This document shows, piece after piece, positions 18,901-28,441 of a stretch of 64,000 bases of DNA. A program made the translations under genes and the position numbers. The notes beneath the pieces are model-generated. The model was not told the DNA's origin and ran no database searches. It saw nothing but the letters and a program-made list of their open reading frames with translations. Within the stretch, counting starts at the first letter, position 1. The number at the start of each line of letters is the position of its first letter. This stretch comes from an uncultured delta proteobacterium. GTDB lineage: Bacteria > Desulfobacterota > Desulfobacteria > Desulfobacterales > JAHEIW01. The DNA is taken from positions 463,208 through 527,207 of the forward strand of contig CAVPNL010000001.1 in the NCBI GenBank assembly GCA_963706575.1. The letters run 5' to 3'.

Positions 18901-19227
18901 ATGGCACCTTTCATCGCAAGAGCAATTCTATGGCTCATTTTTTCAGTTATTCTTTTTGATACCATTAAAGAATTTAACAAGCTTTTTCACCAAACTTTAA
19001 ATCCATATTTTGCCATTGTACCGGCAGTCCTTAATTTTTTGTTTGGGGAGTATATTTTCAAAAAATGGAAATTCAACCAGGAAGTTCAAATTAATAAATC
19101 AACAGCGTCCAGAATTGATAAAATTATATTTTTGATCGGTTTTATAATTGTAGGCAGCCTTATTCTTTGTGTTTTAATCGTATGGGCTTTGGTGATCTAT
19201 AAGGCATCGATAAAAGGTCGTCTATAA
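18901..19227 (+). CDS. Hypothetical membrane protein (about 3 hydrophobic segments), AT-rich
   Basis: 108-aa ORF with hydrophobic stretches; no family recognised. Confidence 0.5.
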   Translation: MAPFIARAILWLIFSVILFDTIKEFNKLFHQTLNPYFAIVPAVLNFLFGEYIFKKWKFNQEVQINKSTASRIDKIIFLIGFIIVGSLILCVLIVWALVIYKASIKGRL

Positions 19228-19477
19228 GGCATTGATGAAACTTAACATTTATTTGCTTCCAGAATTTCTTCCGCCCCAAGCGGGCCTTTTTGATTTGCCT
19301 ATTTTTTTAAACTTCTGGCGATGATGGCTCGACTCGATCGACATGGTGTATTATCTTGAAGTGTCTTTGATCCATGCTTCCTGATCGTCGTGTTTCCGAT
19401 GTGATAGTCAGTAAAGGGGAGCACAATCGTTATTGGTCAGGACGATGACAAAATGAATTAAAAAGGGGGACATTATC

Positions 19478-20221
19478 ATGCGCCATTTTATATATGTGTT
19501 TTTGCTTTTATTTGTTTCAACTGTGGCCTTTGGTGGTACGGGCGCTTCAGTGACATATCAGGTCAACGGACAATCTTATGAGGGTTATTACATCAGCCCT
19601 TCTGACCGGGCGCCGTTTGTGCTGCTGATTCATGACTGGGATGGCTTAACAGATTATGAAATCAAGCGGGCCAATATGCTTGCTGATTTGGGCTACGCGG
19701 TATTTGCTTTGGATTTGTTTGGTGCCGGCGTGCGACCGACCGAAGTAAAGGACAAACGCCAGCATACGGGCGAACTCTATAAAAACAGGGGAAAAATGCG
19801 GACTTTGATGAAAGCGGCTCTGGATACGGCTAAAAACAAAGGCGCCAACATCAAAAATGCCGTTGTATTCGGCTATTGTTTCGGCGGCGCGGCAGTGCTT
19901 GAATTGGCGCGCTCCGGGGCGGACCTGAAGGGTTTTGCCACTTTTCATGGGGGCTTAAAAACACCGCAAGGACAAAATTACAGCCAAACCCGGGGGAAAA
20001 TTTTAATTATGCACGGTTCAGCCGATACAGCGATTACCATGGATCAGTTCGCTGACCTGGCCAAAGAACTGGAATCAGCCGGAGTTGCCCACGAAATGAT
20101 CACCTATGGTGGAGCCCAACATGCCTTTACCGTTTTTGGTGCTAAACCCTATCAAAAAACTGCAGATAAAAAATCCTGGAAGCGCTTTACAGAATTCCTT
20201 GCAGAAACGTTGAAAAATTGA
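19478..20221 (+). CDS. Dienelactone hydrolase family protein with signal peptide
   Basis: HDWDGL, GYCFGG nucleophile motif, FHG, HGSAD, HAFT. Confidence 0.9.
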   Translation: MRHFIYVFLLLFVSTVAFGGTGASVTYQVNGQSYEGYYISPSDRAPFVLLIHDWDGLTDYEIKRANMLADLGYAVFALDLFGAGVRPTEVKDKRQHTGELYKNRGKMRTLMKAALDTAKNKGANIKNAVVFGYCFGGAAVLELARSGADLKGFATFHGGLKTPQGQNYSQTRGKILIMHGSADTAITMDQFADLAKELESAGVAHEMITYGGAQHAFTVFGAKPYQKTADKKSWKRFTEFLAETLKN

Positions 20222-20344
20222 AATGAATAAATTGTGAAATTTCAAAATGAAATCACAATTGCACAATTTTTTTTCGTAGCGTTGGCCTTACAGACCGGCT
20301 GCCAATTGGGTGAGGCTCTCAATGTTTAACACAGGAGGCTATCT

Positions 20345-21142
20345 TTGAGTAATCATCTGCTATTGGTACAGAAAAAAAGCAATATTTGTACCCTAACACT
20401 TAACCGGCCGGAAAAGAAAAATTCTCTTTCTCTTGAATTGATTGAACAGATTAAATCTACCATGGAAGAACTGGCTGAGGACGATGGGGTTCGGACCGTT
20501 ATCCTGCGCGGGGCAGGGGATCAGGCCTTTTGTTCGGGATTTGATATTGGGTCGTTACCCACCCAATCCAAAGGGGATGCAGAGCAAAGATTAAAATCAT
20601 TGGATCAGGTTGAGTCGCTATTTCAATGTCTGATTCGCTTTCCATACCCGGTGATTGCCATGCTGAATGGCTTTGCATTTGGACTGGGATGTGAGCTGGC
20701 CATGTGCTGTGACATTCGCATTGGCATCGAGGATATCCACATGGGGGTGCCGCCGGTCAAGCTGGGCATGGTTTATCCATGGACTGGGCTGCAGCGGTTT
20801 ATTCAGAACATCGGGCTGCAAAGCACCAAAGAAATGTTTTTTACCGGTCGCAGCTACACCGGCCGACGGATCAAAGAGCTCGGGCTGGTAGACTATCTTG
20901 TACCCGGCGATGAGTTAGAAGAATTTACTTATGGCATGGCTGAAGAAATTGCCGGGAACGCACCGCTGGCGCTAAAGGGCACCAAAAAAGTCATCAATTT
21001 GTTGATGCAATCCAACCGCTTGGATGAAACCCAAATCAAAGAAGCACAAACGATTTTTAATACAACCCTGTTGAGCGAAGATATGCAGGAAGGGCAGTCT
21101 GCATTTTTGGAAAAGCGAAAACCTCAGTTTAAGGGAAAATAG
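20345..21142 (+). CDS. Enoyl-CoA hydratase/isomerase family protein
   Basis: LNRPEKKNSL, AFCSGFDI, NGFAFGLGCEL, AFLEKRKPQFKG; TTG start after AGGAGG. Confidence 0.9.
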   Translation: MSNHLLLVQKKSNICTLTLNRPEKKNSLSLELIEQIKSTMEELAEDDGVRTVILRGAGDQAFCSGFDIGSLPTQSKGDAEQRLKSLDQVESLFQCLIRFPYPVIAMLNGFAFGLGCELAMCCDIRIGIEDIHMGVPPVKLGMVYPWTGLQRFIQNIGLQSTKEMFFTGRSYTGRRIKELGLVDYLVPGDELEEFTYGMAEEIAGNAPLALKGTKKVINLLMQSNRLDETQIKEAQTIFNTTLLSEDMQEGQSAFLEKRKPQFKGK

Positions 21143-21293
21143 ATCTGAATTATAGTTCCTCACGCAAAGACGCAAAGTCGCAAAGATTTTATAATTTGTT
21201 GTAACGGATTTAATTATTCCGGTTCCTAAATAAAAAATAAATCATTTATTTTTAAATTCTGGAACGATCAATTAGGGTGAAGAGGAGGAATAC

Positions 21294-22445
21294 ATGGAGC
21301 TCACGTCTTACAAAGCAGAAGATCTTTTTGAATGGGTGACCCGGGCAGGAGAAGAATTTTTATTGCTGGACGTTCGCGTGAATGAAGAGTTTGACCGTTT
21401 TAAAGTCGAAGGACCCTTTCTTTCCGATATGGTCAATGTCCCTTACGTGGAATTTGTTGAACACGAGGAAGAAAGTGTGGCCAAAGTACCTGCGGCTGAA
21501 AAAGTCCGGATTGTGTGTGCCAAAGAAGGCTCAGCCAAGTATGTCGGGGAAATTATGGTCAATCACGGCTTTAAAGATGTTCGCTATCTGGAGGGCGGAA
21601 TCAAAACCTGGGGCAATATGCTGGCACCAGAGCTGGTGGCATCTGATGACGGTTATAAACTCTACCAGTTCATCCGTCCGGGAAAGGCCTCTTGCAGTTA
21701 CGGACTGATATACAATGACGAAATGGTTTTGTTCGATCCATCCCGCAATGTCGATTTTTATCAGCGCTTTGCTGAAAATAACGGTGCCAGGATCGTTAAG
21801 TCCTGCGAAACCCACCTGCAGGCCGATTATATCTCCGGCAGCAAACAAATCGCTGCCGATTTCGGTGCGCATATATTGGGGCACGAAAACGATTTTAAAG
21901 AGGCAGCTTTCAAATACGAGAAGATTGTCGATGAGCAGGTTTACTCCTTTTCCAAAGGCGGCCCGGAAATCAAAGCCCTGCACATGCCGGGACACACGCC
22001 GGGCAGCACTTCTTACCTGATTGATAATAAATACCTGATTACCGGAGATACGGTATTTATTTTATCAATCGGTCGTCCGGATCTCGGAGGGAAAGCCGAG
22101 GAATGGTCAAAACTGCTGTATCACACCCTTAAAACAAAGATTGAGGAATTGAAAGCTGACCTGATCATTTTACCCGGTCATTATATGGATTGGAGTGAAG
22201 CCAATCCATCCCGGATATTTTCAGACACACTGGGGAACATAAAAAATAAGAATTCAGATATTTACGGCATATCAACCGAAAGGGAGTTTATTGAATTTAT
22301 TAAAGACAATATGCGCCCTCAGCCGGAAGTGTACGCAGAGGTTCGTAAGGTCAATGCGGGTTTATTGGAAGTTGACGCGGAAGAGCAGGAGATAATGGAT
22401 CTGGGTAAGAATGAGTGTGCTGCCAGTGCACAAAAAGCATCCTGA
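21294..22445 (+). CDS. Rhodanese domain + MBL-fold metallo-hydrolase (persulfide dioxygenase-like)
   Basis: LLDVR, VCAKEGS, LEGG (rhodanese); ETHLQADYISG, PGHTPGS, TGDT, GRPDL, PGH. Confidence 0.88.
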   Translation: MELTSYKAEDLFEWVTRAGEEFLLLDVRVNEEFDRFKVEGPFLSDMVNVPYVEFVEHEEESVAKVPAAEKVRIVCAKEGSAKYVGEIMVNHGFKDVRYLEGGIKTWGNMLAPELVASDDGYKLYQFIRPGKASCSYGLIYNDEMVLFDPSRNVDFYQRFAENNGARIVKSCETHLQADYISGSKQIAADFGAHILGHENDFKEAAFKYEKIVDEQVYSFSKGGPEIKALHMPGHTPGSTSYLIDNKYLITGDTVFILSIGRPDLGGKAEEWSKLLYHTLKTKIEELKADLIILPGHYMDWSEANPSRIFSDTLGNIKNKNSDIYGISTEREFIEFIKDNMRPQPEVYAEVRKVNAGLLEVDAEEQEIMDLGKNECAASAQKAS

Positions 22446-22481
22446 GGGTAGCTTATCTTAAAATTGAACCGGACACAGCGG

Positions 22482-22532
22482 AGGAGGGCCATTTCAAGTG
22501 CTAACAACACTAAATGGCGCCTCCTCTTTTTT
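22482..22532 (+). terminator. Probable intrinsic terminator
   Basis: gaggagggccattt ... aaatggcgcctcctc then a T run. Confidence 0.55.
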
Positions 22533-22781
22533 ATGTGAACTATAAAATTAAAACCCGAATTTTAATTAAAGTAACTATTTAAATAAAATATTCTAACAAT
22601 TTAAAAATAAATATAAAAATATAAATTAATTTTCAGTCCCTTGATTTAAACCCGCCTCTCAAATTTAACGATTTCCGGTCTAAAGAAGACTAAAGTAAAC
22701 CGATAAATTATCCGATATAAATTTCGGAAACCGTTTACTTATGGAATAACCTGCTGAACTGTACCTAATTTTTTATAAAGG

Positions 22782-23234
22782 ATGCAAACCTGTATGAAGG
22801 TTCCGGAAACTGCATTAAAAAAATACAACGTTGTTATTCCGAAATTATTTCAGATTATTTTAAATTTACCGGAGGAAAAGCAATTAGCGCTTCTGCAACA
22901 TGCCGAAGAATTGCTGGTAAAGGAAAGACGCTCCTTTATCCGGAAAAAATGCTCTATCCCGGTCAGTTACGCGACCTATGACCGCGTTTATACAAACACC
23001 ATAAAAAATATCAGTCAGAGAGGCTTGTTTATAGAAACCCAAAGGCCTTTATTTGTCGGAGAAGAGCTCGTCATGTCGTTTTCAATGAAGGGTTTTGGCA
23101 AGCCGCTTAAGGTAAAAGGCGAAATTGTGCAGGTTTCTCGCAGTGGAATCGGGGTCGAATTTAAAAACATGAGCCCCTACGTCGAAGAGATGATTGCAAA
23201 ACTTATCAACCGCATGAAAACGGAACTGGTTTAA
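22782..23234 (+). CDS. PilZ domain protein
   Basis: ERRSFIR (RxxxR) and NISQRGLFI (NxSxxG), GIGVEF. Confidence 0.85.
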   Translation: MQTCMKVPETALKKYNVVIPKLFQIILNLPEEKQLALLQHAEELLVKERRSFIRKKCSIPVSYATYDRVYTNTIKNISQRGLFIETQRPLFVGEELVMSFSMKGFGKPLKVKGEIVQVSRSGIGVEFKNMSPYVEEMIAKLINRMKTELV

Positions 23235-23240
23235 TCCCAT

Positions 23241-23849
23241 TTAACAATTGTCATACATTCTAATGATCTCGCCGGTTCCTTTCCCTTCAACGCTTTTTAC
23301 ATATCCGTTTATTACCTTTTTCATTGGAATCGGATTGTGGCCGGGGAAATAGGCCTCATATTTTTCGACTGCATCTTCAACCAATCCGGATGAAACTGCA
23401 TTGATCCTAAGTTCGTTTTTTAATTCTAAGGCGGCTGCTTTGACAAAACTGTGAATTGCTCCATTGACCATGGCAGCGCTTGTCGTCATCCTTACAGGAT
23501 GATCCGCCAATATCCCGGTCGTAAGCGTAAATGACCCTCCAGTATTCAAGTAATCCTGCCCGATCCTTACAAGATTTACCTGTCCCATTAACTTGCTCCG
23601 TAGCCCGATATCGTAATCGTCTTCCGTCAATGAATCAAATGGTGCCCATTTAGCCTCTCCGGCTATACATAAAATTGCATCTACTGCTCCAATGGATTCA
23701 AACATCGCTTTAATAGACCTCGAGTCCGCAATATCGACAGTGACATCGCCGGAAGTTCTTCCGGCAATAATAATTTCATGTGTCTTCGAGAAATGAGCTG
23801 CCACTTTTTTGCCAATTGTACCGTTACCGCCAATTACGAGAAGTTTCAT
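23241..23849 (-). CDS. Short-chain dehydrogenase
   Basis: IGGNGTIG, SKLMGQVNLV, GSFTLTTG, RINAVS. Confidence 0.88.
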   Translation of the reverse strand: MKLLVIGGNGTIGKKVAAHFSKTHEIIIAGRTSGDVTVDIADSRSIKAMFESIGAVDAILCIAGEAKWAPFDSLTEDDYDIGLRSKLMGQVNLVRIGQDYLNTGGSFTLTTGILADHPVRMTTSAAMVNGAIHSFVKAAALELKNELRINAVSSGLVEDAVEKYEAYFPGHNPIPMKKVINGYVKSVEGKGTGEIIRMYDNC

Positions 23850-23881
23850 TTTTTCTCCTTTTTAATCAATAAATATTTCGT

Positions 23882-24193
23882 TAGAAGTGGTTTCAAAATC
23901 TCAAATCAGGTTTCCCGCTTCAATGCGGGATTGCACGTCTTGATTTTAAAAAATTAATGTGTGCATCAAAGCCCCGCTAAGCGGGATTACATATCTGATC
24001 TTTAAAAATTAATGTATGCATCAAGGCGCAGGCCGATCGAGAAAGTCGTTGTTCTCAGCATACATGATGGGCTAGTATGTGAGCATTTATCGGAGGACTG
24101 TGCTGCACCTTAATTTAAAAAATCAGATGCGAATCCCGCTTAGCGGGGCAACGCAGCCATTGGGCCTCAGATGGGGTTTTGAAACCACTTCTA
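23882..24193. mobile_element. MITE-like non-autonomous element, copy 2
   Basis: Perfect 17-bp inverted termini TAGAAGTGGTTTCAAAA ... TTTTGAAACCACTTCTA; shares both ends with 11758-12051; internal duplication aaaaattaatgt(g/a)tgcatcaa. Confidence 0.78.
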
Positions 24194-24685
24194 GAGTTCA
24201 CAGGCCATGAAGGTGACCTTAAATGGTAAGTGACTGAATTCTTTGGTTTCACCTTCGATAAAGCCGAATTTCCGGTACCATTGCTTTAAGTCCGTTTGCG
24301 CTGCGATTATACCGATGCTGATTTTTTTTGATCCGAGTTTGCGCGCGTTACGAAAAATATGTCCGACCAGCTGACTCCCAAGGCCTTTTTTTCTTTCATG
24401 CGGCAAAACAGCCAGACGCTCAAGATAGCAAAGATTGTCATCAGCCTTTTCGATCGCAACGCATCCTGCCGGTATGCTCGTGCGCTCCAGTATGAAATAG
24501 CTGACACCCCTGCCAAAGTCATTTTCAATCCACTCCTCCGTACAGTTAGAAGGGTGCTTGGGACAGTTTGCCGGTGTGAGCTTGAATCTGGCGGCCACGT
24601 CGCGATAGGATTGCCGAATCAGGCGGGATAATAGAGATATGTCGTCAGAATTCGCTTCTCTGATATGGATAAGGCTGCCGGTCAT
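24191..24685 (-). CDS. GNAT family N-acetyltransferase
   Basis: LERLAVLPHERKKGLGSQL (motif A), WYRKFGF. Confidence 0.88.
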   Translation of the reverse strand: MTGSLIHIREANSDDISLLSRLIRQSYRDVAARFKLTPANCPKHPSNCTEEWIENDFGRGVSYFILERTSIPAGCVAIEKADDNLCYLERLAVLPHERKKGLGSQLVGHIFRNARKLGSKKISIGIIAAQTDLKQWYRKFGFIEGETKEFSHLPFKVTFMACEL

Positions 24686-24765
24686 CTTTTACCTAAATTG
24701 AGCGTTTCGAATATTTAAAAGGAGTCCTTCTCTCAACCAGCGGCAAATAGATTGCGACACTTATA

Positions 24766-25257
24766 TTAGCGGACTTTAAAGGCATCTAATGTGTCGGTAA
24801 TTTGATCCAGATGATCTTCCAAATGCCGAAGATAGTCGGTCATCAAGTCAAAAAGCGTAACTCTGGTTTTCGCATCAAGCTGCCAGACGTGGCTTAGGCA
24901 AGCTGAATCCACTGAGCGGATGATGTGAGCCAGCTGAATATTGAAATGGCGCCACAGGCCCAGTAATTCCTTCCATTGTCGATCCTGGTAATTCTGAATT
25001 CTGACCCAGTGTATGTTATCTTGCCCATAGTCGGGGAAAGTGAGATGCTCCACGAGCTGGAGACGCACAAACCGCTGATGGTTATTGGCAGCCGAATCAA
25101 TCAGATGACCGATGATCTCCTTGGTAGACCAGGCATCTTCTGAAGGGCGGAATTTTAGCGTTTGTTCCGGTATATCGCGCCAGCGCTCAACAGCAGCATT
25201 TACGCCTCGTTCAATGCTGTCGGCAACTTGAACCAATTTATCCCTTTTCTCTTTCAT
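24766..25257 (-). CDS. DinB family protein
   Basis: WSTKEIIGHLIDSAANNHQRF, DYLRHLEDHL. Confidence 0.88.
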   Translation of the reverse strand: MKEKRDKLVQVADSIERGVNAAVERWRDIPEQTLKFRPSEDAWSTKEIIGHLIDSAANNHQRFVRLQLVEHLTFPDYGQDNIHWVRIQNYQDRQWKELLGLWRHFNIQLAHIIRSVDSACLSHVWQLDAKTRVTLFDLMTDYLRHLEDHLDQITDTLDAFKVR

Positions 25258-25305
25258 CTATCCGATTTCATTTATATTTTTACCAGGTTGCTATCAGACT
25301 TATTT

Positions 25306-25623
25306 TCAGGGTAATACGAACAATTTCACCCCGATCGCGGCGCCCAGCCAACAACCGGAGATGACAACAGCCAGAAAGGAGATTCTGGCCCACGAATGTG
25401 GCATCCAGCGTCGTTGCAAAAGCAGGCCTACAGAGATCACATGAAACGGCACCGGAAGACCAAGGGAAAGTACAACCAAGGCTTTCGACACGGATTCCTG
25501 CGATTCAGGGAAAAGCTGAGCGGCCAGAGAACCGCTTACGGCACCATAAATCATCCTGGCAAACAGATAAAGCCCTACTAAAATTGCGACGTTAGCAATT
25601 AATCTGATAACCATCCGGGACAT
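25306..25623 (-). CDS. Hypothetical membrane protein
   Basis: Three hydrophobic helices; start uncertain. Confidence 0.6.
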   Translation of the reverse strand: MSRMVIRLIANVAILVGLYLFARMIYGAVSGSLAAQLFPESQESVSKALVVLSLGLPVPFHVISVGLLLQRRWMPHSWARISFLAVVISGCWLGAAIGVKLFVLP

Positions 25624-25704
25624 ACAAATTTCTTTTAGGCTTTTGCGCACGTCAAATCAACCATTTAAAATTAATAAAAATCGCCTACCGGCGCAAAACA
25701 TCTC

Positions 25705-25734
25705 TTGACATTTGTACATTGTATACCGTATACA
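25705..25734 (+). promoter_or_regulatory. TTGACA -35 (25705-25710) plus operator TGTATACCGTATACA (25720-25734)
   Basis: Perfect copy of the palindrome, with an extra degenerate half-site (TGTACAT); upstream of the operon that contains the GntR gene. Confidence 0.8.
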
Positions 25735-25829
25735 AAAACCTGCCGAATCCACACCTTTTGTATCGCCGGCTCTGAAACAAATGGCCTCACAATCTTTGAT
25801 CCCCAACTCAAATGCCAATGGAGAGGACA

Positions 25830-27020
25830 ATGGATTTTTTCAATAACCTTACAGTGGTTTCTCTGGAGCAGGCGACGGTGCTGCCGTATTTAACCTACCG
25901 CCTGGCTCAGGATGGAATGAATATCATTCGCCTGGAACATCCGATTTATGGTGATCCCAATCGATTCATCGGTGAAAATGTTCTCAATGAAGAACGAATG
26001 AATTCATACTTCTTGTGCATCAATGCCGGTAAAAAAGCGCTGACACTGAATTTGGCAGAGGATGAGGGGCAGCAAATTTTTCATTCTTTGATTAAAGAAC
26101 TCGAAGTGGATATTTTTGCGACCAATCAGCTTCCTAAAAATTATCAGAAGCTGGGAATTGATTACGACAGTTTAAAGTCTCTCAAACCGGATATCATCTG
26201 GCTGGGAGTGACCGGGTTTGGCCCTGACAGCAATGAAGCCGCTTACGACCCGATATTGCAGGCCCGATCGGGTTTAATGGAATTGACCGGTGAAGCCGAA
26301 GGCGATCCCCAGGTTATGGGCATCCCCCTGCCGGATATGGGCACCAGTGAGCACGCATATGGAATGGTAATGAAAGCCCTTTACAAACGCCAGTTGACCG
26401 CTAAGGGCAGTTGCATCAATATGGCCATGTTTGAATCAACGGTATCATGGCTTACGGTACCCATCACCTTGACTGACAGTTTTGGAAAAAGTATCAGCCG
26501 CAGGGGAAACACCCATGAATTCTTTGCACCGGTTTCGGTTTACCAGACTAAAAACGGATTTATCTATCTGGCGGTCGGCAACGACCGTCAGTGGAAAACA
26601 ATGGTTTCCCAGGAAATTTTTAAGAGTCTTGATCAGCCGGACTATGAAAGAAATGAGGGCCGCATAAAGGATGTGAAGAATTTGAATCAGGCGATTAATG
26701 CGATTACGCGCCACCACACAACTGAAGATCTGATTGAATTGTTCACCGCCATCACCGTTCCCATCAGTAAAATTAAACTAGTCGATGAAGTTATTCAAGA
26801 TCCGCTGGTCAAACGACGACTGCTGCATGCCCAGGATTCAGCCACCGGTACCCGCATAACTCTGGCTCCTCCGCCGAATATGACACCGTTTTTGGAACAA
26901 TCCGACCGTCGGCTTTCGTTTCCCCCGCGATTCGGTGAACAAAACAGCGAAATATACGGCAAGAAATTGGGATATTCTGAGGATGATCTTAGCCGCTTGA
27001 AAGAAAAGGGCGTTATATGA
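25830..27020 (+). CDS. Class III (CaiB/BaiF) CoA transferase (IaaL-like role inferred)
   Basis: NAGKKALTLNL, LGIDY, GFG, YDPILQARSGLM, LPDMG (catalytic Asp), PPRFGEQ; GAGAGGA RBS. Confidence 0.9.
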   Translation: MDFFNNLTVVSLEQATVLPYLTYRLAQDGMNIIRLEHPIYGDPNRFIGENVLNEERMNSYFLCINAGKKALTLNLAEDEGQQIFHSLIKELEVDIFATNQLPKNYQKLGIDYDSLKSLKPDIIWLGVTGFGPDSNEAAYDPILQARSGLMELTGEAEGDPQVMGIPLPDMGTSEHAYGMVMKALYKRQLTAKGSCINMAMFESTVSWLTVPITLTDSFGKSISRRGNTHEFFAPVSVYQTKNGFIYLAVGNDRQWKTMVSQEIFKSLDQPDYERNEGRIKDVKNLNQAINAITRHHTTEDLIELFTAITVPISKIKLVDEVIQDPLVKRRLLHAQDSATGTRITLAPPPNMTPFLEQSDRRLSFPPRFGEQNSEIYGKKLGYSEDDLSRLKEKGVI

Positions 27021-27114
27021 ATAGCGCTTAAAGATTGCAGGATTCAAGGAATTTAGGAAACCGAGGGTTTATCTTTTTAAGGGTTATAATTCCCAGAAAT
27101 TTTAAGGTAACATT

Positions 27115-27822
27115 ATGAGAAAAAGGGCAGAGTTAAATGACTTGGATCTTGGGCCGCTACAGGCGTTTCAGGAGCGAAAATCTTTAGGGGAGCATGTTTT
27201 TGAAAGCCTGAAGCATTCGATTGTCAGGGGAAAAATTTCTTCGGGTGAATGGCTGGTTGAAAGCCATATTGCTGAAACTTTGGGAATCAGCCGAACCCCT
27301 GTAAGAGAGGCGATTCACAAACTTGAACGTGAAGGGCTCATTGAGCGCCAGCCCCGGGGGGGGTTCACGGTTCTCGGTCTTGAGCGCGATGATATCGAAG
27401 AGACCTTCGGTATTCGCAGCGTACTTGAAGGGTATGCCGCCCGGCTGGCCGCTGTCAAGCATGATGCGCAAGAACTGGAGCAATTGGAGAACAAAATTGA
27501 TGAATTTCAAAATGCGCTGGATCAAAAAAAAATGAATTTGCTGCCGGGAATCAATACCGAATTTCATGATTTGCTCTACAGCCTGAGTAAAAGCCCTAAA
27601 TTGATCAATATGATTAATGGCCTGCACGATCAGATTTACCGCTACCGGCAAATGATCCTTAAAGAAAAAAAATTTGCATCGACCAGCAACCTGGATCACA
27701 AAAAGATGTTGAAATATATTCGCAGGCAGGATGCTGAAGGTGCGGAGCGCCTGGTCCGGGATCACATCTTAAGAGGGAAGGAAATGGTATTAAAGGAATA
27801 TGACCGGCAACGGCAGGATTAG
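27115..27822 (+). CDS. GntR family transcriptional regulator with FCD domain
   Basis: LGISRTPVREA wHTH, RSVLEG, NTEFH, C-terminal H..M...I...D.E.A...H. Confidence 0.93.
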   Translation: MRKRAELNDLDLGPLQAFQERKSLGEHVFESLKHSIVRGKISSGEWLVESHIAETLGISRTPVREAIHKLEREGLIERQPRGGFTVLGLERDDIEETFGIRSVLEGYAARLAAVKHDAQELEQLENKIDEFQNALDQKKMNLLPGINTEFHDLLYSLSKSPKLINMINGLHDQIYRYRQMILKEKKFASTSNLDHKKMLKYIRRQDAEGAERLVRDHILRGKEMVLKEYDRQRQD

Positions 27823-27852
27823 CCACTTCTAGAATCATCAGGGGAATATAAT

Positions 27853-28248
27853 ATGACCACAAAGAAGATAAAAATACTGATCGGCAAGCCCGGTCTGGAC
27901 GGGCATGATCGCGGGGCCAAGGTAACCGCTCTGGCGCTAAGAGATGCCGGCATGGAAGTGATTTACACCGGACTCCATCAGACTGTGGAACAGATTGTCC
28001 GAACGGCCATACAGGAAGCGGTGGATGTGGTCGGCTTAAGCATTATGTCCGGCGCCCACATCCCCATTTGCCAGAAGCTTTTAGAAATGATGAAAAATGA
28101 AGGACTTCAGGAAATTCCGGTGGTCGTGGGAGGGGTTATTCCCAAGCAGGATATACCCAAACTAAATAAACAGGGTATTGCCGGTGTTTTTCCCGGAGGC
28201 ACGACCTTTGATGAAATTGTGGCCGGTATTAATGAAGTGGTTACTTAA
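27853..28248 (+). CDS. B12-binding small subunit of acyl-CoA mutase
   Basis: KPGLDGHDRGAKV (DxHxxG), GLSIMSGAH, GGVIP. Confidence 0.93.
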   Translation: MTTKKIKILIGKPGLDGHDRGAKVTALALRDAGMEVIYTGLHQTVEQIVRTAIQEAVDVVGLSIMSGAHIPICQKLLEMMKNEGLQEIPVVVGGVIPKQDIPKLNKQGIAGVFPGGTTFDEIVAGINEVVT

Positions 28249-28270
28249 TTGTAAAAGGCCTTAAAAAGCA

Positions 28271-28427
28271 AATGAGCTAAAATTAAAAATGATCTAAAAT
28301 GCCTAAAATTGAGGAGTTCTATCCATTTTAAAAAAGATGGAGCATCACGCGGCGCAAGCGCCTGCGCTGCGCGAGCGATGCCACAACTTTAGGCATTTTA
28401 GCTCATTTTAGCTCATTTTAGGCATTT
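28271..28427. repeat. Inverted tandem repeat (GAGCTAAAAT / ATTTTAGCTC family)
   Basis: aatgagctaaaa...gatctaaaatgcctaaaa ... tttaggcattttagctcattttagctcattttaggcattt. Confidence 0.75.
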
Positions 28428-28441
28428 ATTAAGGAGTCATT

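Noticed and set aside
19380..19441. Possible structured RNA leader upstream of the dienelactone hydrolase gene
   Set aside because: An imperfect hairpin can be drawn, but no known riboswitch consensus or second copy was recognised.
25735..28441. Cobalamin or Moco riboswitch ahead of the B12/Mo genes
   Set aside because: No B12-box or other recognisable aptamer consensus was seen by eye; a covariance-model search would be needed to exclude it.
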